From the NCBI GenBank assembly GCA_016882235.1, contig VGKU01000003.1, positions 1 to 36,242 of the forward strand: a stretch of DNA of 36,242 nucleotides. The letters are read 5' to 3'. The DNA comes from Candidatus Parcubacteria bacterium (GTDB taxonomy: Bacteria > Patescibacteriota > Patescibacteriia > UBA9934 > GWF2-40-263). The position numbers were made by a program, and so were the translations under genes. Shown here one piece after another: positions 1-7,993 of the stretch (position 1 is the stretch's first letter; each line of letters begins with the position of its first letter). The notes beneath the pieces are model-generated. The model did no database searches. It worked only from the letters and a program-made list of their open reading frames with translations, and was not told where the DNA came from.

Positions 1-15
1 GGGATCGGACGGAAG

Positions 16-654
16 ATGGATTGGCGGGCCGTTGTGCTCGAGCATCTGATCGATCAGCTGGAACACGAGTGCCGGATGATCCGACGCGCGGCGCAGGAAG
101 CGCTCAATGCCAACGACATCTTTGGCCCGACCCGGACGCCCAAGACGTTGCGAATGCGCGCCTTGCGGATGCACGAGTACGGCGCATTCCTGCGCGAGGT
201 GCGCGTGCGCACGTTCAGCCGCGCATTCACCCACGTAGCGGATGAGCTGGACGAAGTGAGCGACCTGCTCCATGCCGCGGCTGAAGGACGCGATCCAGAG
301 CCCATCAAGCGCGTGCCGCGTTTGCTGCGCAAGATCTACCGCTCCATGGCGCTTGCAGAAGTCCATTGGCGTCTGCAGGAGATCCTGCTTGTCGCCTCCG
401 ATCACGCGCACCGCCGCGTGCCGTTCTCGCCCGAACAGATCCGTCTGCTTTTGGGAGAATTGGAGGATGTGCTGCGTCATCTGACCGAGGCGGACAGTTT
501 GACAGGAGAACTGCTCGGAGAGGGATTCGTCACAGATATCCCGCTGGTCGTCAGCGGGAACATACGACTGGCGCGTATCTCCCTGCTGGATACCGGCGGG
601 GTGAACTTGCGGGCCTTCAAGGAGTATCTTGATAGGGCTTGCGCGCCGCTTTAG
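16..654 (+). CDS. Hypothetical protein (212 aa, probably helical)
   Basis: Long ORF followed directly by a terminator; no recognisable motif. Confidence 0.6.
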   Translation: MDWRAVVLEHLIDQLEHECRMIRRAAQEALNANDIFGPTRTPKTLRMRALRMHEYGAFLREVRVRTFSRAFTHVADELDEVSDLLHAAAEGRDPEPIKRVPRLLRKIYRSMALAEVHWRLQEILLVASDHAHRRVPFSPEQIRLLLGELEDVLRHLTEADSLTGELLGEGFVTDIPLVVSGNIRLARISLLDTGGVNLRAFKEYLDRACAPL

Positions 655-678
655 CGACTCTTAGGGGTCGTTTTTTTT
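655..678 (+). terminator. Intrinsic terminator
   Basis: CGACTC-ttag-GGGTCG hairpin followed by T8. Confidence 0.7.
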
Positions 679-699
679 CGTGCTACAATAGCTGCCACT

Positions 700-2742
700 A
701 TGGCCACGGGACGGATTGATTACCAACGAGCGCTCAATCAAGAACAGGTGTCGGTTGTGATGGACGGGGATGGGCCGGTCCTTGTGCTCGCCGGCGCCGG
801 ATCGGGCAAGACGCGCACGATTACCTATCGCGTGGCCTACTTGCTTGAGCAGGGCGTTTTACCCCAGGAGATTTTGTTGTTGACATTCACGAACAAGGCC
901 GCGCGCGAGATGCTTTCGCGCGTAGAGGGGCTGGTGGGCGCGGGCGTGCGGGGAATGTGGGGAGGAACATTCCATTCCGTTGCCGCGCGTTTGCTCCGCA
1001 TGTTTGCATCCGAGGCTGGTTATACCCGCGCCTTCACGATTTTGGACCAGGAAGACCAGCGTACGCTCATGAAGGTGTGTCTGAAAGAGCTCGCCGTAGA
1101 TACGACCGCGAAGCGTTTTCCTTCACCGACGAAACTTTGCGCGCTTTTCAGCTTTGCTCGTAATGCCAACCAACCGCTTCGCGATCTCATCGCAAAGCGA
1201 CATCCGCATCTGGCCGGCGAGGTTGGCGTGATTGAGCGCGCGGCCGAGGTCTATGAACTGCACAAACGGCAGGCCGATGCGATGGATTTTGATGATTTGC
1301 TGATCACCCTGCGGCGTTTGCTGACAGAGCAACCGGCAATTCAAGAGCGGCTTTCCAGCCAGTTCCGGTACGTGCTTGTAGACGAGTATCAAGATACGAA
1401 TGTCGTGCAGGCGGATCTCATCCGTTTGCTCTGTAACGTGCATCGCAATATCCTGGTCGTCGGGGACGACGCACAGTCCATTTATTCGTTCCGTGCCGCG
1501 CAACTCCAGAACATCCTTCGATTTCCAGAAACGTATCCGGGCGCGAAAACATTTCGTCTCACCACGAACTACCGTTCAACGCCGCAGATTTTGAATGTGG
1601 CGAACGAGTCCATCCGCAACAATGCGGACCAATTCAAAAAGACGCTTACGGCGGTGGCCGCGGATCAGGAGCGGCCACAAGTCGTGCCTTTGCCTGGCGC
1701 GCCGCAGGAGGCCCGGTACATTGCTTCTCGGGTGCTTGAATTGATTGAACAGGGCGCGGCGATGGGAGAAATCGCGGTGTTGTTTCGCGCCGCGTTCCAT
1801 TCGCAGGCGCTTGAATTTGAACTGATGAAGCAGAATATTCCATACGAGTATCGAGGCGGGTTAAAGTTTTTTGAACGCGCGCATGTGAAAGATGTGATTG
1901 CACACTTACGCATCCGGGCCAATCCAAAAGACGAGGCAGCCTGGATCCGCGTGTTGGGCCTTCAACAAGGCATCGGGCTGGCAACGGCGCAAAAGATTAT
2001 CGTTGGCGTGCGCAAAGCGGAACATTTGCGCGAAGTGTGCCAGGCGGATGTTTCGGCAGGAAAGCGCGCGGCAACCGGATGGGCGTCGCTGTGTTCCACC
2101 TTGTCAAAACTCGCGCAGGAAGAGCATCCATCCGATCTCATTCGCACCGTAATGGCCGGGGATTATCGAAGCTACTTAGAGGCGGAGTATCCGGATTTCA
2201 TCGATCGGTTGGAAGATCTTGAACAGTTCGCGCTGTTTGCGGAGTCGTCGGGTGATTTAGAGAATTTTTTGCAAGATGTATCGCTTACGGATGATTTCGG
2301 GGCGGTGCGGGAACGGGGAGCGCCGCAGGGGGAGCGCATCGTTCTCTCGACGATTCACCAGGCCAAAGGGCTTGAATGGAACACCGTGTTTGTGATGCAT
2401 ATGGTGGATGGGAAGTTCCCGAATCCGCGCGCATTTGAGGAAGAGGGCGGCCTTGAGGAAGAGCGGCGTTTGTTTTATGTGGCAACCACACGCGCGCGGC
2501 GCCGTCTTATTTTCAGTTATCCGTTGACAAGCGGCTACGAGACGGTTTTACTCCAGCAGCCGTCACTTTTTTTGCAGGAATTGCCCGACGCATTGTTTGA
2601 GCGCGTACGCGTAAAGCCATCTTCGCCTGTCTCGTCAAACAACGGCGAAGAGCGGACAATCGTTTTTGACGAGCTTGGAGAAACGGTTCCGTCTTCGCCG
2701 TCCCCGGTGAGGAGTTTTCTGCGTAACATTGAAGATTTATGA
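700..2742 (+). CDS. pcrA: UvrD/PcrA/Rep-family ATP-dependent DNA helicase
   Basis: LAGAGSGKT Walker A, TFTNKAA, VDEYQDTN, VGDDAQSIYSFRAA, NYRS, STIHQAKGLEW, EERRLFYVATTRA; TGcTACAAT at 681-689. Confidence 0.93.
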   Translation: MATGRIDYQRALNQEQVSVVMDGDGPVLVLAGAGSGKTRTITYRVAYLLEQGVLPQEILLLTFTNKAAREMLSRVEGLVGAGVRGMWGGTFHSVAARLLRMFASEAGYTRAFTILDQEDQRTLMKVCLKELAVDTTAKRFPSPTKLCALFSFARNANQPLRDLIAKRHPHLAGEVGVIERAAEVYELHKRQADAMDFDDLLITLRRLLTEQPAIQERLSSQFRYVLVDEYQDTNVVQADLIRLLCNVHRNILVVGDDAQSIYSFRAAQLQNILRFPETYPGAKTFRLTTNYRSTPQILNVANESIRNNADQFKKTLTAVAADQERPQVVPLPGAPQEARYIASRVLELIEQGAAMGEIAVLFRAAFHSQALEFELMKQNIPYEYRGGLKFFERAHVKDVIAHLRIRANPKDEAAWIRVLGLQQGIGLATAQKIIVGVRKAEHLREVCQADVSAGKRAATGWASLCSTLSKLAQEEHPSDLIRTVMAGDYRSYLEAEYPDFIDRLEDLEQFALFAESSGDLENFLQDVSLTDDFGAVRERGAPQGERIVLSTIHQAKGLEWNTVFVMHMVDGKFPNPRAFEEEGGLEEERRLFYVATTRARRRLIFSYPLTSGYETVLLQQPSLFLQELPDALFERVRVKPSSPVSSNNGEERTIVFDELGETVPSSPSPVRSFLRNIEDL

Positions 2743-3284
2743 TGATGGATCCAGGGAGACGACGGGGAACCATGCTCGGAACCGGTGCAGTGGTCATCGG
2801 TTTGTTTGTGTTGTTTATCGTTGCTGTGGCGTGGTTTAGGCGACCTCAATCAACCGAAGTGAACAAGATTGGTTCCATTGCGGGCGTGTTGCGTCCCGAT
2901 CCAATTTCACAAGCGGTTCTCAACGGGGCGATTGATACAGAAGCAAAGACGGCGACGATCGCTTTGGTGGAGGGCGGGCGAACCGTCGGAGAAGCGCAAC
3001 GTGGGGAGAAGGATGGAAAGCCGTTTTACGAATTCAAAATAGCGTTGCCAGACATTGACCGAGAGGCGTGGTTCTATGAGGTATGGCTCGTGCGGCCACT
3101 TCCATACGGTTTTTTCTCGCTTGGCGAGATGGTTAGCAGCGAGGAGGCCGATTTTGTGCTGGAGTGGGAAGGCGAGGAGGGGAAAGAATACGCGGCATAT
3201 GTGGATGTGGTGGTTACGCGGCAGGAATACGGAGGGAGTCGGGATCCGCAGATGCATGTGGCAAAGGGTACATTTGGAAAGTGA
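2739..3284 (+). CDS. Membrane-anchored protein with RskA (anti-sigma-K)-like C-terminal domain
   Basis: N-terminal TM helix; YEVWLV...SLGEM...VVVTRQEYGGSRDP resembles the RskA C-terminal pattern; ATGA overlap with helicase stop. Confidence 0.6.
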   Translation: MMMDPGRRRGTMLGTGAVVIGLFVLFIVAVAWFRRPQSTEVNKIGSIAGVLRPDPISQAVLNGAIDTEAKTATIALVEGGRTVGEAQRGEKDGKPFYEFKIALPDIDREAWFYEVWLVRPLPYGFFSLGEMVSSEEADFVLEWEGEEGKEYAAYVDVVVTRQEYGGSRDPQMHVAKGTFGK

Positions 3285-3285
3285 T

Positions 3286-4554
3286 TCAGAGTTCGTGGTC
3301 AAAATGGAAACCGCTGGAGCGCGGTTTTATGATTGTGTGCAGGGCAGCCGCCCGGCTCCATACCTGACTTCCGTAACGGGTTTGGAGATGATCAAGCGCA
3401 TGGGTGAGGCGGGTAAGTTTTTGTTCTTTGAGAAACAGGGAGGGGTTTGGCCGACCGTATTGCAGATCAGCGGCGCTGATTCCCACCAGACGAATTGGGT
3501 CCGTAAAATCGGCGAGGTTACGGATAATGCTCCAGGCGTTTTTGAACAAGGTCATCCCGTCCGATGTCCCTTCACGGAACGCGCGTTGCTGGCCCGCTCC
3601 GGAGAAGTCTGCAAATCGGACAAACGCCGAAACCCGGCGGGCGATCAGTCCATCGCGCCGCAGACGCCAGGCCACCTTATCGCACAGGCACAACAGGTAT
3701 CGTTTTACCTCGCGCGGATCGTCCGTGTCGCGCGGGAGGGTGTAGGAATGGCCTACGGATTTGGGCGTGGTCGGCGTCATGCTTTTTTCAATGGAAGAGA
3801 TGATCGTCGAGCTGTCACGCCCGAATGCGGCCTCACGGAGCCACAGGCCGTATCGGCCAAACGCCTCTTCTAGTTTCGCGCGAGGGAACGTGCGCAGTTG
3901 CGCAAAATTTGTGATTCCAAGCACGTGGAGCCGGCGCTCTATGCGTGGGCCGATGCCGCATAAATCCTGCAGGTCACGCGTATCTATGAAGGGGAGCGTC
4001 TCGTCTGGAAGAACGATGGTGAGGCCGTTTGGTTTGACACTCTCTCCCGCAAGTTTGGCCATCACTTTACTCCCGGCGATACCGATGGAGGCGGTGATGC
4101 GTTCTCCACACTGATCGCGCAGACACTCACGGATCGCCAGCGCGATACACGCGGCGCCAAGATAATCCTGTGCTGTTTCTGTGACGTCTAAAAAACTTTC
4201 GTCCACACTGAACGGTTCGACACGATGCGTGAAACCCCGGTAGATTGCATTGAACCGGTGCATGATATCCGAATATTTTTCCGGATCCCCTGGATACAGG
4301 ATGAGTGATGGACAGATGCGCTTGGCTTCCCATGTAGACATCGCTGTTTTGACTCCGAGTTTTTTCGCCTCCCTGGACGCAGTGGCGATAACACTGCGCG
4401 GTATTGGGTTGTGTGGACTCCATCTGTGTGTTTCGTTGTCATCGCGTTTGCCGGTGATGCCGATTGGTTTGCCGCGCAAAAACGGGTTCGCTTGCTGTTC
4501 CACGCTCGCGAAATAAGAATTCATGTCAATGTGGAGGTAGATGCGATTAGCCAT
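3286..4554 (-). CDS. dinB: DNA polymerase IV (Y-family, DinB)
   Basis: YLHIDMNSYFASVEQ, SVDESFLD, SIGIA..K.MAKLA, KPNG, GIG HhH, KSVGHSYTL little finger; start at ATG 4554. Confidence 0.93.
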   Translation of the reverse strand: MANRIYLHIDMNSYFASVEQQANPFLRGKPIGITGKRDDNETHRWSPHNPIPRSVIATASREAKKLGVKTAMSTWEAKRICPSLILYPGDPEKYSDIMHRFNAIYRGFTHRVEPFSVDESFLDVTETAQDYLGAACIALAIRECLRDQCGERITASIGIAGSKVMAKLAGESVKPNGLTIVLPDETLPFIDTRDLQDLCGIGPRIERRLHVLGITNFAQLRTFPRAKLEEAFGRYGLWLREAAFGRDSSTIISSIEKSMTPTTPKSVGHSYTLPRDTDDPREVKRYLLCLCDKVAWRLRRDGLIARRVSAFVRFADFSGAGQQRAFREGTSDGMTLFKNAWSIIRNLADFTDPIRLVGISAADLQYGRPNPSLFLKEQKLTRLTHALDHLQTRYGSQVWSRAAALHTIIKPRSSGFHFDHEL

Positions 4555-4795
4555 CGGTATAGAGTTCCACGAGGTGCCATTCAAGGTTTTCCGGGTCTAG
4601 TTTGAGCTTGAAGAAATTAGTGTGATCGGACACGGAGAAATAGAAAATACGTTTTTGTCCTTCGCGCGCGCTATGAACAAGGTTGACGCGCTCAATCTCA
4701 TAGTCGCGGGTATTCCAACGCATGCGACGGGGAAGGACGCGGTTGTCGCGGAAGGCCACAAGAACATCAATAGGATCGTGGAGGAATTCGTGCAT
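4547..4795 (-). CDS. Small beta-rich protein coupled to dinB (82 aa)
   Basis: Stop overlaps the dinB start (ATGGCTAA); pyrimidine-rich ...cttctATG start context like neighbouring genes. Confidence 0.8.
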   Translation of the reverse strand: MHEFLHDPIDVLVAFRDNRVLPRRMRWNTRDYEIERVNLVHSAREGQKRIFYFSVSDHTNFFKLKLDPENLEWHLVELYTDG

Positions 4796-4813
4796 AGAAG
4801 AGGGCTGAAAGGG

Positions 4814-4978
4814 CTAGGAGGCAACAGAACGTGTGAAGAGTCCTCGGATAGACTGTTTGAGGCGGCGGCGGCTGGCGTACAGGCGCAGGATTTGTTTGAA
4901 ATTAAGCAGATGTCGGCTGCGTCGCTGTGGCAGGAAGGAAACAGTCAGATTGTAGAACCGAAGGGTCGTGGTAGACAT
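4814..4978 (-). CDS. Small highly basic protein (54 aa), absent from the ORF track
   Basis: MSTTTLRFYNLTVSFLPQRRSRHLLNFKQILRLYASRRRLKQSIRGLFTRSVAS; start context ccctctttctctATG; ends 18 nt before the next ORF. Confidence 0.45.
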   Translation of the reverse strand: MSTTTLRFYNLTVSFLPQRRSRHLLNFKQILRLYASRRRLKQSIRGLFTRSVAS

Positions 4979-5141
4979 AGAGAAAGAGGGTTATGTACAA
5001 TACAAAAGCCGCCGTACGCGAACGGATACGTCCGTTGGCGTGCCGAGTGGTTTCCAAAGCGTTGCGCTGTCTTGCCGGACGAGCAACGCTTTTAACTTTG
5101 TCGTGTGATCCCTTGCACGACAAAGCTCTTGTTTGGATGTC

Positions 5142-5756
5142 CTACACCGGCTGGAATTTGCGTATGACGGCTCGAACCACACCTTGGATGATGCAATCTT
5201 TCACGTAAATTGGATCCATGGTGCTGTTCGCAGGTTGGAGGCGTATACTGCTTTTCTCCCGATAAAACCGTTTCAAGGTGGCATACGCGTTATCTAAGAG
5301 GGCGACAACCACTTCGCCATTTCTGGGCGAAGGGTTGCGTTCAATCACGACAAAGTCGCCGTCGAGAATCCCGTCTTCAATCATGGAGCGGCCCCGTACC
5401 TTGAGGACATAAGAATTGGATCCATCCAGAACGAATGTCGCGGGAATCGCCATTGTTTCATTATCCTGCACCGCTTCAATAGGCGCGCCGGCTGTGATAA
5501 GCCCTAGCAGAGGCAACAACACAGCGGGTTCACTTTTTGCGGCCCCAACAAGTTCAATGGAGCGCGCCTCGCCTTCATCACCGATGGAAACCATTCCTTT
5601 TTCCACAAGGGATTGCACATGCGCGTGCACGGTGGCAGGGGAGGAGAGGCCGAAGTGGTCGCCGATTTCGCGATAGGACGGTGCGTACCCATACTCTTTT
5701 ATATGCGAGCGGATGAAATCAAGCACTTCGGATTGTTTTTTGGTGAGTGGGGGCAT
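5142..5756 (-). CDS. lexA: SOS repressor LexA
   Basis: LTKKQ...GYAPSYREI wHTH, Ala-Gly cleavage site (TAGAP), catalytic Ser (GRSM) and Lys (TLKR). Confidence 0.96.
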   Translation of the reverse strand: MPPLTKKQSEVLDFIRSHIKEYGYAPSYREIGDHFGLSSPATVHAHVQSLVEKGMVSIGDEGEARSIELVGAAKSEPAVLLPLLGLITAGAPIEAVQDNETMAIPATFVLDGSNSYVLKVRGRSMIEDGILDGDFVVIERNPSPRNGEVVVALLDNAYATLKRFYREKSSIRLQPANSTMDPIYVKDCIIQGVVRAVIRKFQPV

Positions 5757-5777
5757 AGGAAGTTCATGACGTTAACT

Positions 5778-5823
5778 GTTCGGTATCTGTTCGCATGATA
5801 GACCGAACAAAAAACGAACGCAA
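5778..5823 (-). promoter_or_regulatory. lexA promoter with two candidate LexA operators
   Basis: Minus strand TTGCGT-17-TATCAT; plus strand GTTC-N7-GTTC at 5778-5792 and GAAC-N7-GAAC at 5805-5819. Confidence 0.7.
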
Positions 5824-5869
5824 GGGGTGAGGTGTGGATAAGTATGGTTGTGGTACGCTTTGCATCGCT

Positions 5870-6940
5870 ATGCTCAAAATCGTTGAATCCGTGACCATAG
5901 GACAGCCGGACAAAGTCTGCGATCTCATCGCCGATACCATTGTGGATGAGTACATCCGTCGTGACCCCAACAGCCGCGTGGATCTCCATGTCTTTGGTTC
6001 CCATGGCATGCTGATGGTCGGTGGCGAAGTGCAATCCACGGCTGATTTTGACGTCAGCGCGCTCGCCAAAAAAACCTACATGAGCATCGGTTATCCCGAC
6101 GACATGGAAGTATTTGTGAATGTGGAGGCGCCGTCTGAAGAGATGCGCGGAGTGACAACCGGCGTGATGGACATGGCGGTCATCAACGGTTACGCGACGA
6201 GCGAGACGCGCGAGCGCCTGCCGCGTGCTGTCGTGTTCGCACACGCGCTTGCGCGACGGTTGGACGATCTGCGCAAGACCGACCCGGCGTTTTCTTGGAT
6301 GAAGCCGGATGGCAAAGTGCAGGTGGCGATGCGGGGGGAGCGCGTGGAGGCGGTGACGATTCTGTGCGGCCATCATGTGAGCATCAGCGAGCGCGACGCG
6401 CGGACGGCTCTTTTGGAACGCTTGGTCATCCCGACCGTCGGCGAACAGGGTGTGCAGATGTATATCAATCCGATCGGATCCTTCACGGTCTGCGGGTTTC
6501 GCGCGGATTCCGGCGCGTCCGGACGCAAGGTGAGTGTGGATACCTACGGCGGGCTTATCCCTCACGGCGATAAGGCACTCTGCGGCAAAGACCCGATGCG
6601 CGCCGAGCGTTCCGGGGCGTACTTGGCGCGCGTTGCGGCGCGATCGCTTGTGGATGGGGGACTGTGCGCGTCTGCGCTCGTCAGCGTTGCCTACACCATG
6701 GGCCGCGCCGAGCCCATTCATGTGAGTGCGGTCGGGACGGGGGAGAAGTCGCGCGGTTCTAAAATGGATCTGTCGGCCGTCGTGAAAAAGCAGTTTGATT
6801 TTCGTCCCGCCGCGATTGTTGAGCGTTTGGATCTTCTGCGGCCGATCTACGCGCAGACCGCGGCATACGGTTGTTTCGGCCGTGAAGGATTACCGTGGGA
6901 AACGGTTTTGCACGTGGATAAAAATATTGGTACACTGTGA
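5870..6940 (+). CDS. metK: S-adenosylmethionine synthetase homolog, divergent
   Basis: ESVTIGQPDK, DGKVQV, GRKVSVDTYGG, GKDP, RSGAY.AR, TAAYG.FGR; several catalytic motifs altered. Confidence 0.85.
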   Translation: MLKIVESVTIGQPDKVCDLIADTIVDEYIRRDPNSRVDLHVFGSHGMLMVGGEVQSTADFDVSALAKKTYMSIGYPDDMEVFVNVEAPSEEMRGVTTGVMDMAVINGYATSETRERLPRAVVFAHALARRLDDLRKTDPAFSWMKPDGKVQVAMRGERVEAVTILCGHHVSISERDARTALLERLVIPTVGEQGVQMYINPIGSFTVCGFRADSGASGRKVSVDTYGGLIPHGDKALCGKDPMRAERSGAYLARVAARSLVDGGLCASALVSVAYTMGRAEPIHVSAVGTGEKSRGSKMDLSAVVKKQFDFRPAAIVERLDLLRPIYAQTAAYGCFGREGLPWETVLHVDKNIGTL

Positions 6941-6972
6941 ATAATCATTTTATTCACTTCGTCCTTTTGCCT

Positions 6973-7374
6973 ATGCCAGCCAAAACAAAAAAAGAACCGG
7001 TGCCCACCAAAACAAAAAAAGAACCGGTCAAAAAGAACGCGTCCGCAAAAGTCAAAACGAAAGTAAAAAAAGCTCCTGCGAAAAAAACGAAAGCGAAATC
7101 TTCCGCGCCGGTGCTTGCCGTGATGGTGCATGAGCACGAGGAAACGCAAGAGCAAGAGGCCCCCATCACCCCTGTCGAAAAAATCATCCACCGTTTTGAA
7201 AAGCGTTTCGTGTTTGTGCCGAGCTGTCACAACTGCGAGCACATGCCCATGCGAATCAACCGGCTGGTGGCGCTGATGACCGTCTTGGTCGCCGTGCTCT
7301 CGGGCCTCGTGATCGCCCAAACGCAATCCGTTGATCTCACACAATTGTTATTCGCGCTCGCGCACTCCTCGTAA
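6973..7374 (+). CDS. Protein with Lys/Ala-rich N-terminus, CxxC motif and C-terminal TM helix
   Basis: KTKKEPV repeated, SCHNCEH, hydrophobic LVALMTVLVAVLSGLVIA; TGgTACACT at 6928-6936. Confidence 0.7.
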   Translation: MPAKTKKEPVPTKTKKEPVKKNASAKVKTKVKKAPAKKTKAKSSAPVLAVMVHEHEETQEQEAPITPVEKIIHRFEKRFVFVPSCHNCEHMPMRINRLVALMTVLVAVLSGLVIAQTQSVDLTQLLFALAHSS

Positions 7375-7375
7375 T

Positions 7376-7975
7376 ATGAAACGGAAGTTCTGGATCCTCC
7401 TTGGGGGACTCGTGCTGGTTGGCGCCGGATGTACGGCAACGCCGAAAGTACCAGATGAGCTCTCTCTGACGTTTGAAGAACCTATGGCCGAACCGCAATC
7501 GAAGACATGGGAATTCCCGGGTGTCCTCTCCGCTGAAGAAATTAAGGGCAAGCAGGTTCGGGTCAAAACAGCAAAAGGTGAAATCGTCTTTGAATTATTT
7601 GCCGATACGGCGCCGAAAACCGTTTCTAATTTCGTGTATCTGGCGGCGGGAGGGTATTACAATGGGTTGATGTTTCACCGCCGCGAGGAGGGGTTTGTGA
7701 TCCAGGGCGGCGATCCCATAGGGAATGGCACGGGCGGGCCTGGGTACACTTTTGAGGATGAGTTGAAGGATGGCTATGCGTACGAGCGCGGGATCGTGGC
7801 GATGGCCAACCGCGGCCCTCATACAAACGGTTCGCAGTTTTTCATCATGCTTGGTGATGTCCCTCTGCCGAAGTTATACTCCATTTTCGGGCGCGTGACC
7901 CAGGGGATAGAGGTGGTGGATCAGTTGCAGATCGGGGATGTGATGGAGGCGGTCCTGATTGAAGCTCGTTCCTAA
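7376..7975 (+). CDS. Cyclophilin-type peptidyl-prolyl isomerase, predicted lipoprotein
   Basis: LVGAGC lipobox; APKTVSNF, FHR...FVIQGGDP.GNGTGGPGY, AMANRGP.TNGSQFFI. Confidence 0.92.
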   Translation: MKRKFWILLGGLVLVGAGCTATPKVPDELSLTFEEPMAEPQSKTWEFPGVLSAEEIKGKQVRVKTAKGEIVFELFADTAPKTVSNFVYLAAGGYYNGLMFHRREEGFVIQGGDPIGNGTGGPGYTFEDELKDGYAYERGIVAMANRGPHTNGSQFFIMLGDVPLPKLYSIFGRVTQGIEVVDQLQIGDVMEAVLIEARS

Positions 7976-7993
7976 TTTAGATACAGTAGGGGA

